Of a stretch of DNA of 64,000 nucleotides, positions 48,498-57,592 are shown piece after piece. The notes beneath the pieces are model-generated. The model had not been told where the DNA came from and did not search any database. It saw nothing but the letters and a program-made list of their open reading frames with translations. Position 1 is the stretch's first letter, and every line of letters starts with the position of its first letter. The stretch spans positions 10,324-74,323 of the forward strand of contig JABDCB010000006.1 of the NCBI GenBank assembly GCA_013288325.1, written 5' to 3'. The position numbers and the translations under genes are program-made. The DNA comes from Bacteroidota bacterium (GTDB lineage Bacteria > Bacteroidota > Bacteroidia > Palsa-965).

Positions 48498-51400
48498 ATG
48501 GAATACGATTTCAGAAAAGTAGAGCAGTATTGGCAAAATTACTGGGCTCAGCATCATACCTTTCGCTCGGAAGAGCAGGTGTCGAAACCCAAATATTATG
48601 CATTGGATATGTTTCCTTATCCTTCCGGAGCCGGGTTACATGTGGGGCACCCTCTGGGTTATATAGCTTCTGACATTGTGGCCCGCTACAAACGTCTTCG
48701 CGGATTTGAAGTATTGCATCCCATGGGTTTCGATTCTTTTGGCTTGCCTGCCGAGCAGTATGCCATACAAACAGGACAACATCCCAAGGTTACTACCGAG
48801 CAAAACATTGCCCGCTACCGGGAACAACTGGATAAAATTGGTTTTTCCTTCGACTGGGATCGTCAGGTAAGGACGTCAGATCCTGAATATTATAAGTGGA
48901 CGCAATGGATCTTTATTCAGATCTATCAGTCCTGGTATAATACAAAGACCAATAAAGCGGAATCCATCAAAACCCTGATTGCTGAATTTGAGAAGAACGG
49001 AAATGCAGGTGTTACTGCAGTTACAGGGGAAGGAGTGATACCTCTATTTTCAGCAGCCGAATGGAAATCATTTTCCGAAAAACAGCAGCAGGAGCTGTTG
49101 ATGCAATATCGCCTGGCATATCTGAGCGAGGCATGGGTAAACTGGTGCCCGAAACTGGGTACCGTGTTGGCCAATGATGAAGTGAAGGATGGCGTATCGG
49201 AGCGGGGAGGATATCCGGTAGAACGGAAACGCATGCCTCAGTGGAGTATGCGTATAACGGCTTATGCCGATCGTTTGCTCAAGGGACTGGATGAAATAGA
49301 CTGGACAGAAAGCATCAAGGAATCGCAACGAAACTGGATAGGCCGGTCGGAAGGTACCTCGCTTAAGTTCAAGCTGAGTGGTCATGCCGAGTTTATAGAA
49401 GTCTTCACCACCCGTCCCGATACTATTTTCGGAGTGTCTTTTGTTACCCTGGCTCCCGAACATGAACTGGTAGATCGCATCTGCACACCGGAAAATAAAA
49501 AGACGGTGGAGGAATATGTGCATTTTGCCAAGAACAGAAGCGAGCGTGAACGTCAGGCCGATGTGAAAAAAATTACCGGAGTGTTTACCGGCGCTTATGT
49601 AGAGCATCCATTTACGGGTAAACAAATTCCGGTATGGATAGGCGATTATGTGTTGGCGGGTTATGGCACGGGCGCAGTGATGGCTGTACCGGCCCACGAT
49701 TCACGCGATTATTCATTTGCCAAACATTTTGCTCTTCCCATCCCTCCCGTTATTCAACCTCTAGCCGGTATCGAAAGCAAGCTGGAAGAAGAAGCCTATG
49801 AGGCCAAGGAAGGAACATTGATTAATTCTGATTTTCTGAATGGACTTGCTGTTAAAGAAGCCGTCAAAAAAATCATTGCAGAGATAGAGAAACGGAACCT
49901 TGGAAAGGGGAAAGTCAATTTCCGTTTGCGTGATGCTGCATTCGGTCGCCAGCGCTATTGGGGAGAACCGATTCCGGTTTATTATAAAGACGGCATTCCA
50001 TATACGGTGGAAGAAAAAGAACTGCCGATTGTATTGCCTGAGATTGATAAGTTTCAGCCAACCGAGACCGGTGAGCCTCCGTTAGGCAGGGCCCTCAACT
50101 GGAAATACAAGGGCCAGTATGATTACGAGCTTACCACCATGCCCGGCTGGGCAGGATCGTCGTGGTATTACCTGCGTTATATGGATCCCAATAATGGCAA
50201 AGAGTTTGCTTCCAAAGAACGGATCAACTACTGGCAAAATGTGGATTTGTATTTAGGCGGATCGGAGCATGCTACCGGGCATTTATTGTATGTACGTTTC
50301 TGGACCAAGTTTTTGTTTGATCTGGGTTATGTGCCTTTTGAAGAACCGGCTAAGAAGCTGATTAATCAGGGGATGATACAGGGGGTGTCGGAAAAAATAT
50401 TCATGTTAAATAGAAAAACGGATAATTATACTGGGATTTTAAATGGCTTAGCAGACAATTTTGAGTATCGCTTTGACAAAAGTATTACATGGTTTTTTAG
50501 TGCTGAAAATGTAAGTAACGCACTTTCAAGACTAAATGAATTAGGGCAAAATGGTTCTCTAATAACCAATGATCTTGTGCAAATTAATGTAGATATTAAT
50601 CTGGTTAAAGAATCTACTTTAGATATTAATAAATTCACAAAATGGAGGCCAGACTTTTGTGATGCTGTCTTTGTCTGTCATGGTGGTTATTGGCGAAATG
50701 GTATATTTAGTAGTGACGAAAGAGTAAAGGGGGGATCTAATTTGTTCTTGACAAAAGGTGAAGTTGAAAAAATGTCCAAGTCTAAGTACAATGTTGTGTC
50801 GCCCGACAATAGGCTTGATGAATATACCAACGAATTAATCCCTGGTATCACAGAAACATACGGCGCCGACTGTCTCCGTCTCTATGAAATGTTCCTCGGT
50901 CCCCTGGAACAAAGCAAACCCTGGAACACGAACGGAATAACAGGAGTATCCAATTTTATCCGCCGTTTATGGAGGTTGTATCATCCTGTACCTGCTGCGC
51001 CTGCTCCTGCCTCCTTAGCAGATTCTGTGTTTTCCGTTTCTGATGAGCCGGCTACAAAAGCCGAACTCAAGGTATTACACCGTACCATTAAAAAGGTGAT
51101 GGATGATGTGGAGCGTTTTTCCTTTAATACATCGGTCAGCAATTTTATGATCTGTGTAAATGAGCTGACTGAATTGAAATGTAATAAACGGGCCATTCTG
51201 GAGCCCCTGGCTATCTTGGTTTCTCCTTATGCCCCGCATGTGGCCGAAGAGCTTTGGAAATTACTGGGTCATAAAGAGAGTATTTCCTATGCCATATTCC
51301 CCCACTTTGAGGAGAAATATCTGATCGAAACCGCTTTTAACTATCCGGTATCTTTCAATGGTAAAACCCGTTTCTTTCTGGAGCTGGATTTAAGCCTCTC

Positions 51401-51518
51401 TAAAGAAGATATTGAAAAAGAAGTACTTGCTCAGGCAGAAACACATAAGCACCTGGACGGCAAAGCCCCTAAAAAGGTGATTGTAGTACCGAATAAGATT
51501 GTGAATATTGTAGTATAG
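48498..51518 (+). CDS. leuS: leucine--tRNA ligase (unusually long, 1006 aa)
   Basis: HIGH motif (HVGHPLGY), KMSKS at 50769-50783, a CP1 editing domain and a large insertion preceding KMSKS. Confidence 0.95.
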   Translation: MEYDFRKVEQYWQNYWAQHHTFRSEEQVSKPKYYALDMFPYPSGAGLHVGHPLGYIASDIVARYKRLRGFEVLHPMGFDSFGLPAEQYAIQTGQHPKVTTEQNIARYREQLDKIGFSFDWDRQVRTSDPEYYKWTQWIFIQIYQSWYNTKTNKAESIKTLIAEFEKNGNAGVTAVTGEGVIPLFSAAEWKSFSEKQQQELLMQYRLAYLSEAWVNWCPKLGTVLANDEVKDGVSERGGYPVERKRMPQWSMRITAYADRLLKGLDEIDWTESIKESQRNWIGRSEGTSLKFKLSGHAEFIEVFTTRPDTIFGVSFVTLAPEHELVDRICTPENKKTVEEYVHFAKNRSERERQADVKKITGVFTGAYVEHPFTGKQIPVWIGDYVLAGYGTGAVMAVPAHDSRDYSFAKHFALPIPPVIQPLAGIESKLEEEAYEAKEGTLINSDFLNGLAVKEAVKKIIAEIEKRNLGKGKVNFRLRDAAFGRQRYWGEPIPVYYKDGIPYTVEEKELPIVLPEIDKFQPTETGEPPLGRALNWKYKGQYDYELTTMPGWAGSSWYYLRYMDPNNGKEFASKERINYWQNVDLYLGGSEHATGHLLYVRFWTKFLFDLGYVPFEEPAKKLINQGMIQGVSEKIFMLNRKTDNYTGILNGLADNFEYRFDKSITWFFSAENVSNALSRLNELGQNGSLITNDLVQINVDINLVKESTLDINKFTKWRPDFCDAVFVCHGGYWRNGIFSSDERVKGGSNLFLTKGEVEKMSKSKYNVVSPDNRLDEYTNELIPGITETYGADCLRLYEMFLGPLEQSKPWNTNGITGVSNFIRRLWRLYHPVPAAPAPASLADSVFSVSDEPATKAELKVLHRTIKKVMDDVERFSFNTSVSNFMICVNELTELKCNKRAILEPLAILVSPYAPHVAEELWKLLGHKESISYAIFPHFEEKYLIETAFNYPVSFNGKTRFFLELDLSLSKEDIEKEVLAQAETHKHLDGKAPKKVIVVPNKIVNIVV

Positions 51519-51724
51519 GAAGTGCCGGAGGGGTTTATCCGCTTTTATTCTCGGGACTAAAGTCTACATTCTACCTTGTTTTCATCCTGGCCTTAAGGCC
51601 AGAGTGAAAAAGAAACGACATCCTGGGCTTTGGCCCTGATAAATAGCGTATTGAATCATAATTTGCAGGCTTCCTCCGTTTGATTTTCGTTTAATATATA
51701 TTACCTTTAAATAGCTAACTTCTT

Positions 51725-51741
51725 TTGGCACGTGCTTTGAC
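51725..51741 (+). promoter_or_regulatory. weak sigma-54-type promoter candidate (TTGGCACG-tgct-TTGAC)
   Basis: It matches TGGCACG-N4-TTGCW except that the normally invariant C of the -12 GC is an A. It lies 30 nt upstream of the DUF3108 ATG. Confidence 0.2.
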
Positions 51742-51769
51742 TGTATTATAGTAACGAAACACTATTTCC

Positions 51770-52576
51770 ATGCAAAAGTCACTGTTCATTCCCTTTGTAC
51801 TTCTTATCGGTATCCTGTCTCCATCATTCCGTTCGGATGAACCGAAGGTTGCAGAGCCGTCAATGTCATTGCGTAAACTCAAAAATGAAAGTTTCAAACG
51901 GGGAGAGCTTCTCAAATACAGGCTTCATTATGGCGTGATTGATGCCGGTGTGGCAGAGATAGAAGTGGCCAATGAAACAAAAATGCTGAACGACAGGCCC
52001 ACGCTTCATATCATCGGCAGGGGATATAGCAAGGGAGCTTTCGACTTTTTTTTCAAAGTGCGTGATCGCTACGAATCTTTTTTGGATGAAGACGCGTTGG
52101 CTCCTGTGGTGTTTTTGCGTCGTGTGGATGAAGGAGGCTATAAGATAAAACAGGATCAGGTATATGATCATGAAAAACAGAAAGTGATGAGCGATGGGAA
52201 GATGTTTGACATACCCGAATACACCCAGGATATGCTTAGTGCTTTTTATTATGCCCGTACGCTGGATATGAGTCAGGCTAAGGCCGGTGATATTTTTGCT
52301 GTCAAGAGTTTTATCGATAACGAGATATGGGAGCTCAAAATTAAATTTGTAGGTAAGGAAACAATCACCACTTCCTTAGGGAAGATCAAGTGTCTCCGTT
52401 TTCGCCCCATTGTTCAGAAAGGACGTGTTTTTAAGAAAGAAGAAGATCTGAATGTCTGGATTTCAGATGATAAAAACCATATCCCGGTTCGTGCACAGGC
52501 TGATGTGCTTATCGGTTCTGTTAAGATGGATCTGCTGTCCTATTCCAACCTCGCCAATCCTTTGGCTAAAGAGTAA
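51770..52576 (+). CDS. DUF3108 domain protein (secreted, function unknown)
   Basis: 268 aa with a signal peptide. GELLKYRLHYGVIDAGVAEIEV and the overall beta-rich pattern match my recollection of DUF3108. Confidence 0.6.
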   Translation: MQKSLFIPFVLLIGILSPSFRSDEPKVAEPSMSLRKLKNESFKRGELLKYRLHYGVIDAGVAEIEVANETKMLNDRPTLHIIGRGYSKGAFDFFFKVRDRYESFLDEDALAPVVFLRRVDEGGYKIKQDQVYDHEKQKVMSDGKMFDIPEYTQDMLSAFYYARTLDMSQAKAGDIFAVKSFIDNEIWELKIKFVGKETITTSLGKIKCLRFRPIVQKGRVFKKEEDLNVWISDDKNHIPVRAQADVLIGSVKMDLLSYSNLANPLAKE

Positions 52577-52620
52577 TAAGATATGTTATAATTAATTTCT
52601 ATTCATACTATCAATCAAAA

Positions 52621-52648
52621 GCCCCGCCTATCCAGGCGGGGCTTTTTT
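52621..52648. terminator. bidirectional rho-independent terminator
   Basis: The sequence gccccgcct-atcc-aggcggggc forms a 9-bp GC-rich stem. It is preceded by aaaa and followed by tttttt, between convergent genes. Confidence 0.85.
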
Positions 52649-52669
52649 GGAGAGATGGTCTGTGAGTTG

Positions 52670-53221
52670 TTAGTGGCTCGCGAGGGATTCTTTATTCAGG
52701 TTCTTAAGGCTGGCGGCATAGTCATCGCTGCGTTCAAATTTCTCAGTGTATTCATCAAAATAGATAAGTCCGGCAGGAAAATCGATAGCTGGGTTCTTAA
52801 CAGCTTCCTGTTCAGGAATCATATCCAGATCAAAATCAAATTCAAACAGTGGTTTCAGATCCACACCTTCGGGAAGAATGGTGTTGATACAGATCATCCG
52901 GTCGGCACAGCCGGGTTTGGTAAAGCGAAGGGTATACTGAGCATCTTCCTGAAGTACAAAAGAGTTTACTTCTTTCTTGCTGGCAGGGATGGTACTGATC
53001 AGTTTGTCTCCTTTATACAGCAGGATGGTAACATCTTTCATCCTCTTTCCGAAGATGCTTATAGAGCTATTTACTTCCAGACAGTTGCGACGTACCATTT
53101 CTTTCTTAACAGGGGCTTTCATCGGTTTTTCAGGAGAAGGTCTGGTGGCTGACCCGGCATGGAGTTGTATACAAAGTAAAGAAGCGAATGCAATCATTGC
53201 GGAAGTGGATAACGTTTTCAT
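52670..53221 (-). CDS. hypothetical secreted protein (183 aa)
   Basis: It has a signal peptide (MIAFASLLCIQLHAG) and no recognised domain. It is divergent from the receiver genes. Confidence 0.5.
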   Translation of the reverse strand: MKTLSTSAMIAFASLLCIQLHAGSATRPSPEKPMKAPVKKEMVRRNCLEVNSSISIFGKRMKDVTILLYKGDKLISTIPASKKEVNSFVLQEDAQYTLRFTKPGCADRMICINTILPEGVDLKPLFEFDFDLDMIPEQEAVKNPAIDFPAGLIYFDEYTEKFERSDDYAASLKNLNKESLASH

Positions 53222-53320
53222 GGCTGTTGGTTTTTATATTTTTTTATTCCGTTGTTTCTGATTCAAAGGAACGGCGAAAAAAATATTTTTTTTTCCTGAT
53301 TTGAGCTTGCTTCTTGCGTA

Positions 53321-53350
53321 TGTAAGAATCAGGGTGAATTTGTAATGCGG
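53321..53350 (+). promoter_or_regulatory. cluster motif copy A: TGTAAGAA-N11-TTGTAA-tgCGG
   Basis: The sequence read directly is tgtaagaa tcagggtgaat ttgtaa tgcgg. It lies 135 nt upstream of the receiver gene start at 53485. Confidence 0.4.
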
Positions 53351-53374
53351 TAGGGGGTGGCTGACCGGAATTTC

Positions 53375-53407
53375 GGAATGAGAAACAAAGTGTAGAATAA
53401 TCTTACA
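53375..53407 (-). promoter_or_regulatory. cluster motif copy E (minus strand): TGTAAGAT-N11-TTGTTT
   Basis: The reverse complement of 53375-53407 reads tgtaagat tattctacact ttgtttct. It faces copy A across a 24-nt gap. Confidence 0.35.
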
Positions 53408-53484
53408 TCTGTTTAATTACCGGCATAATCGAATTATTTGTGAGCCAACGCTGCCACATCTTTGTATCAAATAAAAACCCAACT

Positions 53485-53931
53485 ATGAAAAAGCCAAGGA
53501 AAGTAATGTTAATCGACGACGACTCCATCGATAACTTTGTAAACCGGAAAATGATACTCCATTACAACTTTGCGGAAACAGTAGAGGAATTTCAGAGCCC
53601 TATTAAGGCGCTCGAACATTTAAGAATGCTGGATAGCAGCGCTGAAAAAAGAGAGTTGCTGCCGCATGTTATATTACTGGATATGAATATGCCCGTTATG
53701 AACGGAGCAGAATTCCTCCAGCAATATGAATTTTTATCTTCTCATCTTAAGGATTGGTGCAAATTGGTGGTTCTTTCGGGGGCTATTAATGTAGGAGAGG
53801 CTTATGGTACAGAACGGAATAAGCATATTGTGGATATAATGCAAAAACCGCTTATCAAAATGAATCTCGATTACCTGGAGAATATACTTTCAAAAAGCGT
53901 GTCAAGAGGCCTTTTTTCACTTGCTCGTTAA
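53485..53931 (+). CDS. single-domain response regulator (receiver only)
   Basis: Receiver motifs are VMLIDDDSIDNF, ILLDMNMPVMNG and MQKPL. There is no output domain. The ORF is open from 53440, and the Met at 53485 (MKKPRK) is the likely start. Confidence 0.8.
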   Translation: MKKPRKVMLIDDDSIDNFVNRKMILHYNFAETVEEFQSPIKALEHLRMLDSSAEKRELLPHVILLDMNMPVMNGAEFLQQYEFLSSHLKDWCKLVVLSGAINVGEAYGTERNKHIVDIMQKPLIKMNLDYLENILSKSVSRGLFSLAR

Positions 53932-54060
53932 AGAGTTAGATGTTAGAGGCTGTTTTTTTATTCTGGTTTGTCAATTTTATATAACTTAGCTACCCGGTAG
54001 GCAAATACCGGCCAGACAAAAAACAGTACCCTCTTCAGCAATTAATAAAGCGAAAACCAA

Positions 54061-54480
54061 ATGACTGCCAAGAAGAAAAATGCGCCTAAATACCCTTCTG
54101 TCATGCTTATTGATGACAATGAGATAGATAATTTTATCAATCAGAAAATGATTGAGGGATGTGGATTTTCGGCCAATGTATATGTACACACAAGCGGTAA
54201 GAGTGCATTGGAGTTTTATCAGAATCTGGCCAGGGCAGGCAATATTCCGGCCGACTTATTTCCACGGGTCATCTTTCTGGATATAAATATGCCGATGATG
54301 GATGGGTTTCAGTTTCTGGAAGAATTTGAAAAGATAGCCTCCCCTAACCATGGGCCGGTTAAGATCGTTATGCTTACCACTTCTATTAATCCGATTGATA
54401 TTGAAAAGGCTAATAAAGGGAAGTTTGTTTCACAATTTCTCAATAAGCCGCTTACACAGGCCCACCTGGAAACAATTTAG
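54061..54480 (+). CDS. single-domain response regulator (receiver only), paralog of the preceding gene
   Basis: 139 aa with motifs VMLIDDNEIDNF, IFLDINMPMMDG and LNKPL. Confidence 0.85.
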   Translation: MTAKKKNAPKYPSVMLIDDNEIDNFINQKMIEGCGFSANVYVHTSGKSALEFYQNLARAGNIPADLFPRVIFLDINMPMMDGFQFLEEFEKIASPNHGPVKIVMLTTSINPIDIEKANKGKFVSQFLNKPLTQAHLETI

Positions 54481-54528
54481 TCGGGTAGGGCAGGACATGC
54501 CCGCCAAAGGAAGCCACCCCCGGATATG

Positions 54529-55980
54529 TTAGTGAGCCGTTTTCTTGATACTCCTCGATAGTTCGGAAACAAAGGAATCATCCAGTTTCAGGAAACTCAT
54601 AATACGTTGGGGACCTTCATTAGCAATCGTAAATTTATCTCTTAGTTTACGTATTTTATCTTCCACCTCTTTCACTTCCGAAGTCATTTGAATTTTTAGC
54701 ATGCGAATAAAGGCATGTGCATTCTCATAGTCGTTTTCTTCCCGCTCATTTAGTTTCCTCGACAAGCTCTTTATCAGAATCTCCGCCTGTTCGTATTTAT
54801 TCATCATCGAATGGTTAAGCGCAAGGAATAATTTGAGCTCCACTTCGGTATGAAGCATATTTTTAAGACTGATGGAATTAATCACTTCACTCAGAGTCTT
54901 AACGGCTTCTGCATAATTTTTGGCGTAATAGGCCGCACACGCTTTGTATAGGTTAAAATAAACGAAGTTGGGAACATCCTCTTTTGAAACCTCGTGAGTC
55001 AGCGCGCTCGCCTCTTCCTGAAGCTTATTTACCTGGTTTAACTGCACATAACGCTCTACCTTGGACAGCAGGAATAAGGTGGTCACACAACAATGATCGG
55101 CAAGCAGAAAGCTGTCGAGTTTGCCATTCACCTTATCAAAGAAAGGGGTTTCATTCTTAAACAAACGAAGGCGGTGATAATATTCAAAGGCCAGAAAATC
55201 GAAAATAGTTCTTAAAAAACGATAGTTCGCATCCCGTACGTTGTCATCAAAAATCTTCCAGGAAGCCGCCAGCATTTCTTCTACCGAATCTTCTTCCGGA
55301 TTCTCCTGCGCCCTTGGAATAAAGAGGGCATAAGAGATGTTCAGAATGTTGCGATAAATAGCCAGGTGATGCGATTCATAGAGACGAAACACATTAGCCA
55401 TCTCTGCCTTCATGAGCTGTAATAGCTCAATCATACTCCGGTCGCGTGAAATAAGAAATTCCCCTACCGATTTTGTAAAACGCGAAAGCAAATCTTCGGC
55501 CTTGTCAAGAGCAATGGTATATGCTACATGTTTGTTATATAACTGGGCGTATTCATAATATTTAGGAGAAGAGAGGTGTAGTTTTTTAAGTGCATTGTAT
55601 ACCGATGTCAGCTCATTGGGCATATCATATTCGATAAGCTCTTTCTCCAGTTTTTTCAAAACAGCAATTGCCGTATCTTTTGGGGTATTGTAAATCAGAT
55701 TATGGATATTGGCCACATTACTCAGCAGCTCAATACGGGGATCTTCAATATTGGTATAAAGAAATTCCTGAATCTTTTCATACAAACGCGACTTCAGCGT
55801 ATAGTAAGCAGTCTTGTTCAGCCCCAGCTTTTCAGAAAGCTTTTCTTCCGAAAGATCTGATTCGCGAAAATGTTTAAAGAGCGACAGAAATTTTTCTGCC
55901 CTGTTTTTCTGGAACCGAAGCACAATCCCCTGATAGTTCTCTTCGGTGAGTTGCTGAACAACTGTTTTCAGTTTTATCAT
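54529..55980 (-). CDS. hypothetical all-helical protein (483 aa), possible N-terminal HTH plus TPR-like repeats
   Basis: There is no TM segment or signal peptide. The N-terminal segment LSEKLGLNKTAYYTLKSRLYEKIQEFL resembles an HTH recognition-helix context. The remainder is helical-repeat-like (e.g. YFNLYKACAAYYAKNYAEAVKTL). The family was not recognised. Confidence 0.5.
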   Translation of the reverse strand: MIKLKTVVQQLTEENYQGIVLRFQKNRAEKFLSLFKHFRESDLSEEKLSEKLGLNKTAYYTLKSRLYEKIQEFLYTNIEDPRIELLSNVANIHNLIYNTPKDTAIAVLKKLEKELIEYDMPNELTSVYNALKKLHLSSPKYYEYAQLYNKHVAYTIALDKAEDLLSRFTKSVGEFLISRDRSMIELLQLMKAEMANVFRLYESHHLAIYRNILNISYALFIPRAQENPEEDSVEEMLAASWKIFDDNVRDANYRFLRTIFDFLAFEYYHRLRLFKNETPFFDKVNGKLDSFLLADHCCVTTLFLLSKVERYVQLNQVNKLQEEASALTHEVSKEDVPNFVYFNLYKACAAYYAKNYAEAVKTLSEVINSISLKNMLHTEVELKLFLALNHSMMNKYEQAEILIKSLSRKLNEREENDYENAHAFIRMLKIQMTSEVKEVEDKIRKLRDKFTIANEGPQRIMSFLKLDDSFVSELSRSIKKTAH

Positions 55981-56231
55981 ACGTTGTGATTTAGGCCTCT
56001 AATAAGATTGAGCAGTGGTTTACTTCCACAAGGAGATAGGATCTAAAGCACAAACAAACGGTTGAATTCATGTTAAAGTTGTCGGATATTTTTACGATAA
56101 TGACATTTCAAATATACATTATTTTATGAATGAGAACTATGATTGAAAAATTTGTTCAGTTTCCGGATTCTTGTTCAAAAGATAGGAATCTCAATATATA
56201 AAGCATGTTTAAGCCTCCCGACAGTCCCCCT

Positions 56232-56261
56232 CCGGCCCACAAATACCTTCATTTTCTTACA
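56232..56261 (-). promoter_or_regulatory. cluster motif copy D (minus strand): TGTAAGAA-N11-TTGTGG-gcCGG
   Basis: The reverse complement reads tgtaagaa aatgaaggtat ttgtgg gccggaggggg. It lies in the divergent region between the 483-aa gene and the SprB/PKD gene. Confidence 0.35.
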
Positions 56262-56338
56262 CCTGTCAAAACGGAAAGTAAACCGTATTACAGAACATAT
56301 TCCTGAAGAATACTTTTGGTGGTATAAAATAAGCAACC

Positions 56339-57586
56339 ATGAAACGTTCTCTCTTCCTCCTCCTGATGCTCTCTCTGCCTTTCTTCGGATCGTCTATGAG
56401 CAATGCCCTGAATGTGGCAATCTCCGGTAACGGGTATACCGATAATATCGTTGTCCGTTTCGACCCGCAGGGTTCAACCGATTATAACTCCGATCTGGAT
56501 GCCTGGAAATTGCTGAGCAATAACCCTGCTGTAGGTCAGTGTTATACTCAGGTAGGGCCCAATGAGCGCCTTTCCGTATATGCCATGCCGCTTTCGTCAT
56601 TAGATACCGTTATTGATCTTCATGCCTATATAGCCCAGGCCGGAACCTATACCATTCAGGCCAGTGAGTATGCCGCTTTCCTCCCTGGCGAATGCATCCG
56701 TCTGGAAGATGTGACAAATCATATTTATTATGACCTCCGTGCCGGAAACCCTATTAGTTTTTCCCTGCCTTTAATTCCATTGTCAGGAGCCGCTCCTTTC
56801 CGTATCCATTTCAGCTCCCCTCCTGCAATCACTTCCGCTATTCCGGCCTGCTTCGGTCTTACCAATGGTACATTACTCGTTTCCGGGGTTGCAGGTTCAG
56901 GATGGTCCTATACCTTACTTAATACATCAGGCACTGTGATAGCTGCTGATGCTAATCTGGCAGGTACCGACTCCATAAAAAATATGGGAGCAGGAAACTA
57001 CCAGTTGCTTGCCACCACATCAATCGGTTGTTCTTATAGCGATACGTTTACTGTTAATCCGGCTCCGCAGGTAAAGGCTCAGTTTGTGGCAAGCGATACC
57101 AGTATTCAGCTGGCAACAGGCGGGGTTGTTTATCTTACCAACCAAAGCCAGGACGCAACATCCTATTTGTGGAGCTTCAATGATGGATCCGGAAATACCA
57201 CCCTGGCCGACCCATCACATTTGTTTATGGCTCCAGGTGATTTTCAGGTTACGTTAAAAGCATCCAATGGATCCTGTTCGGCAATAGCAAAACAAGTAAT
57301 CCATGTGCATGATGCGGAAACAGGGATACAGAGTGCAGGCCAAACCACCGGAATTCAGGTAATACATCTTCCTAATCAGCTGGTTGTTACCGGTCCCCAG
57401 GGACATAGCTTCGATATGAAAGCAACTATTTACGATCTCTCCGGAAGAGAGCTGCTTTCCTTCTCCAATCAGGGAGCTTCTCAATATGAGCTTCCCCTGC
57501 AATCCTTAACAGCTACTGTATTTATCGTAAGGATTGATTCCGGATCAACCATGATTGTTCAAAAATTGTCTAACGTTTCATATTAA
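56339..57586 (+). CDS. secreted protein with SprB-like repeat, PKD domain and T9SS type-A C-terminal sorting domain
   Basis: 415 aa with a signal peptide. The CFGLTNGTLLVSG segment is SprB-repeat-like. The PKD-like segment is YLWSFNDGSGNTTLADPSHLFMAPGDFQVTLKASN. The C-terminal about 80 aa (ATIYDLSGRELL...TVFIVRIDSGSTMIVQKL) is typical of the Por/T9SS CTD. Confidence 0.75.
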   Translation: MKRSLFLLLMLSLPFFGSSMSNALNVAISGNGYTDNIVVRFDPQGSTDYNSDLDAWKLLSNNPAVGQCYTQVGPNERLSVYAMPLSSLDTVIDLHAYIAQAGTYTIQASEYAAFLPGECIRLEDVTNHIYYDLRAGNPISFSLPLIPLSGAAPFRIHFSSPPAITSAIPACFGLTNGTLLVSGVAGSGWSYTLLNTSGTVIAADANLAGTDSIKNMGAGNYQLLATTSIGCSYSDTFTVNPAPQVKAQFVASDTSIQLATGGVVYLTNQSQDATSYLWSFNDGSGNTTLADPSHLFMAPGDFQVTLKASNGSCSAIAKQVIHVHDAETGIQSAGQTTGIQVIHLPNQLVVTGPQGHSFDMKATIYDLSGRELLSFSNQGASQYELPLQSLTATVFIVRIDSGSTMIVQKLSNVSY

Positions 57587-57592
57587 TAAAGT

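Noticed and set aside
51583-51640. A perfect 16-nt palindrome (ctggccttaaggccag, 51587-51602) and a nearby related sequence both begin CATCCTGG (51583 and 51619). They lie downstream of leuS.
   Set aside because: The stems are short (6 bp and 4 bp) with no U-tract, and there are only two copies. This is not enough to call a terminator, a REP-like element or an sRNA.
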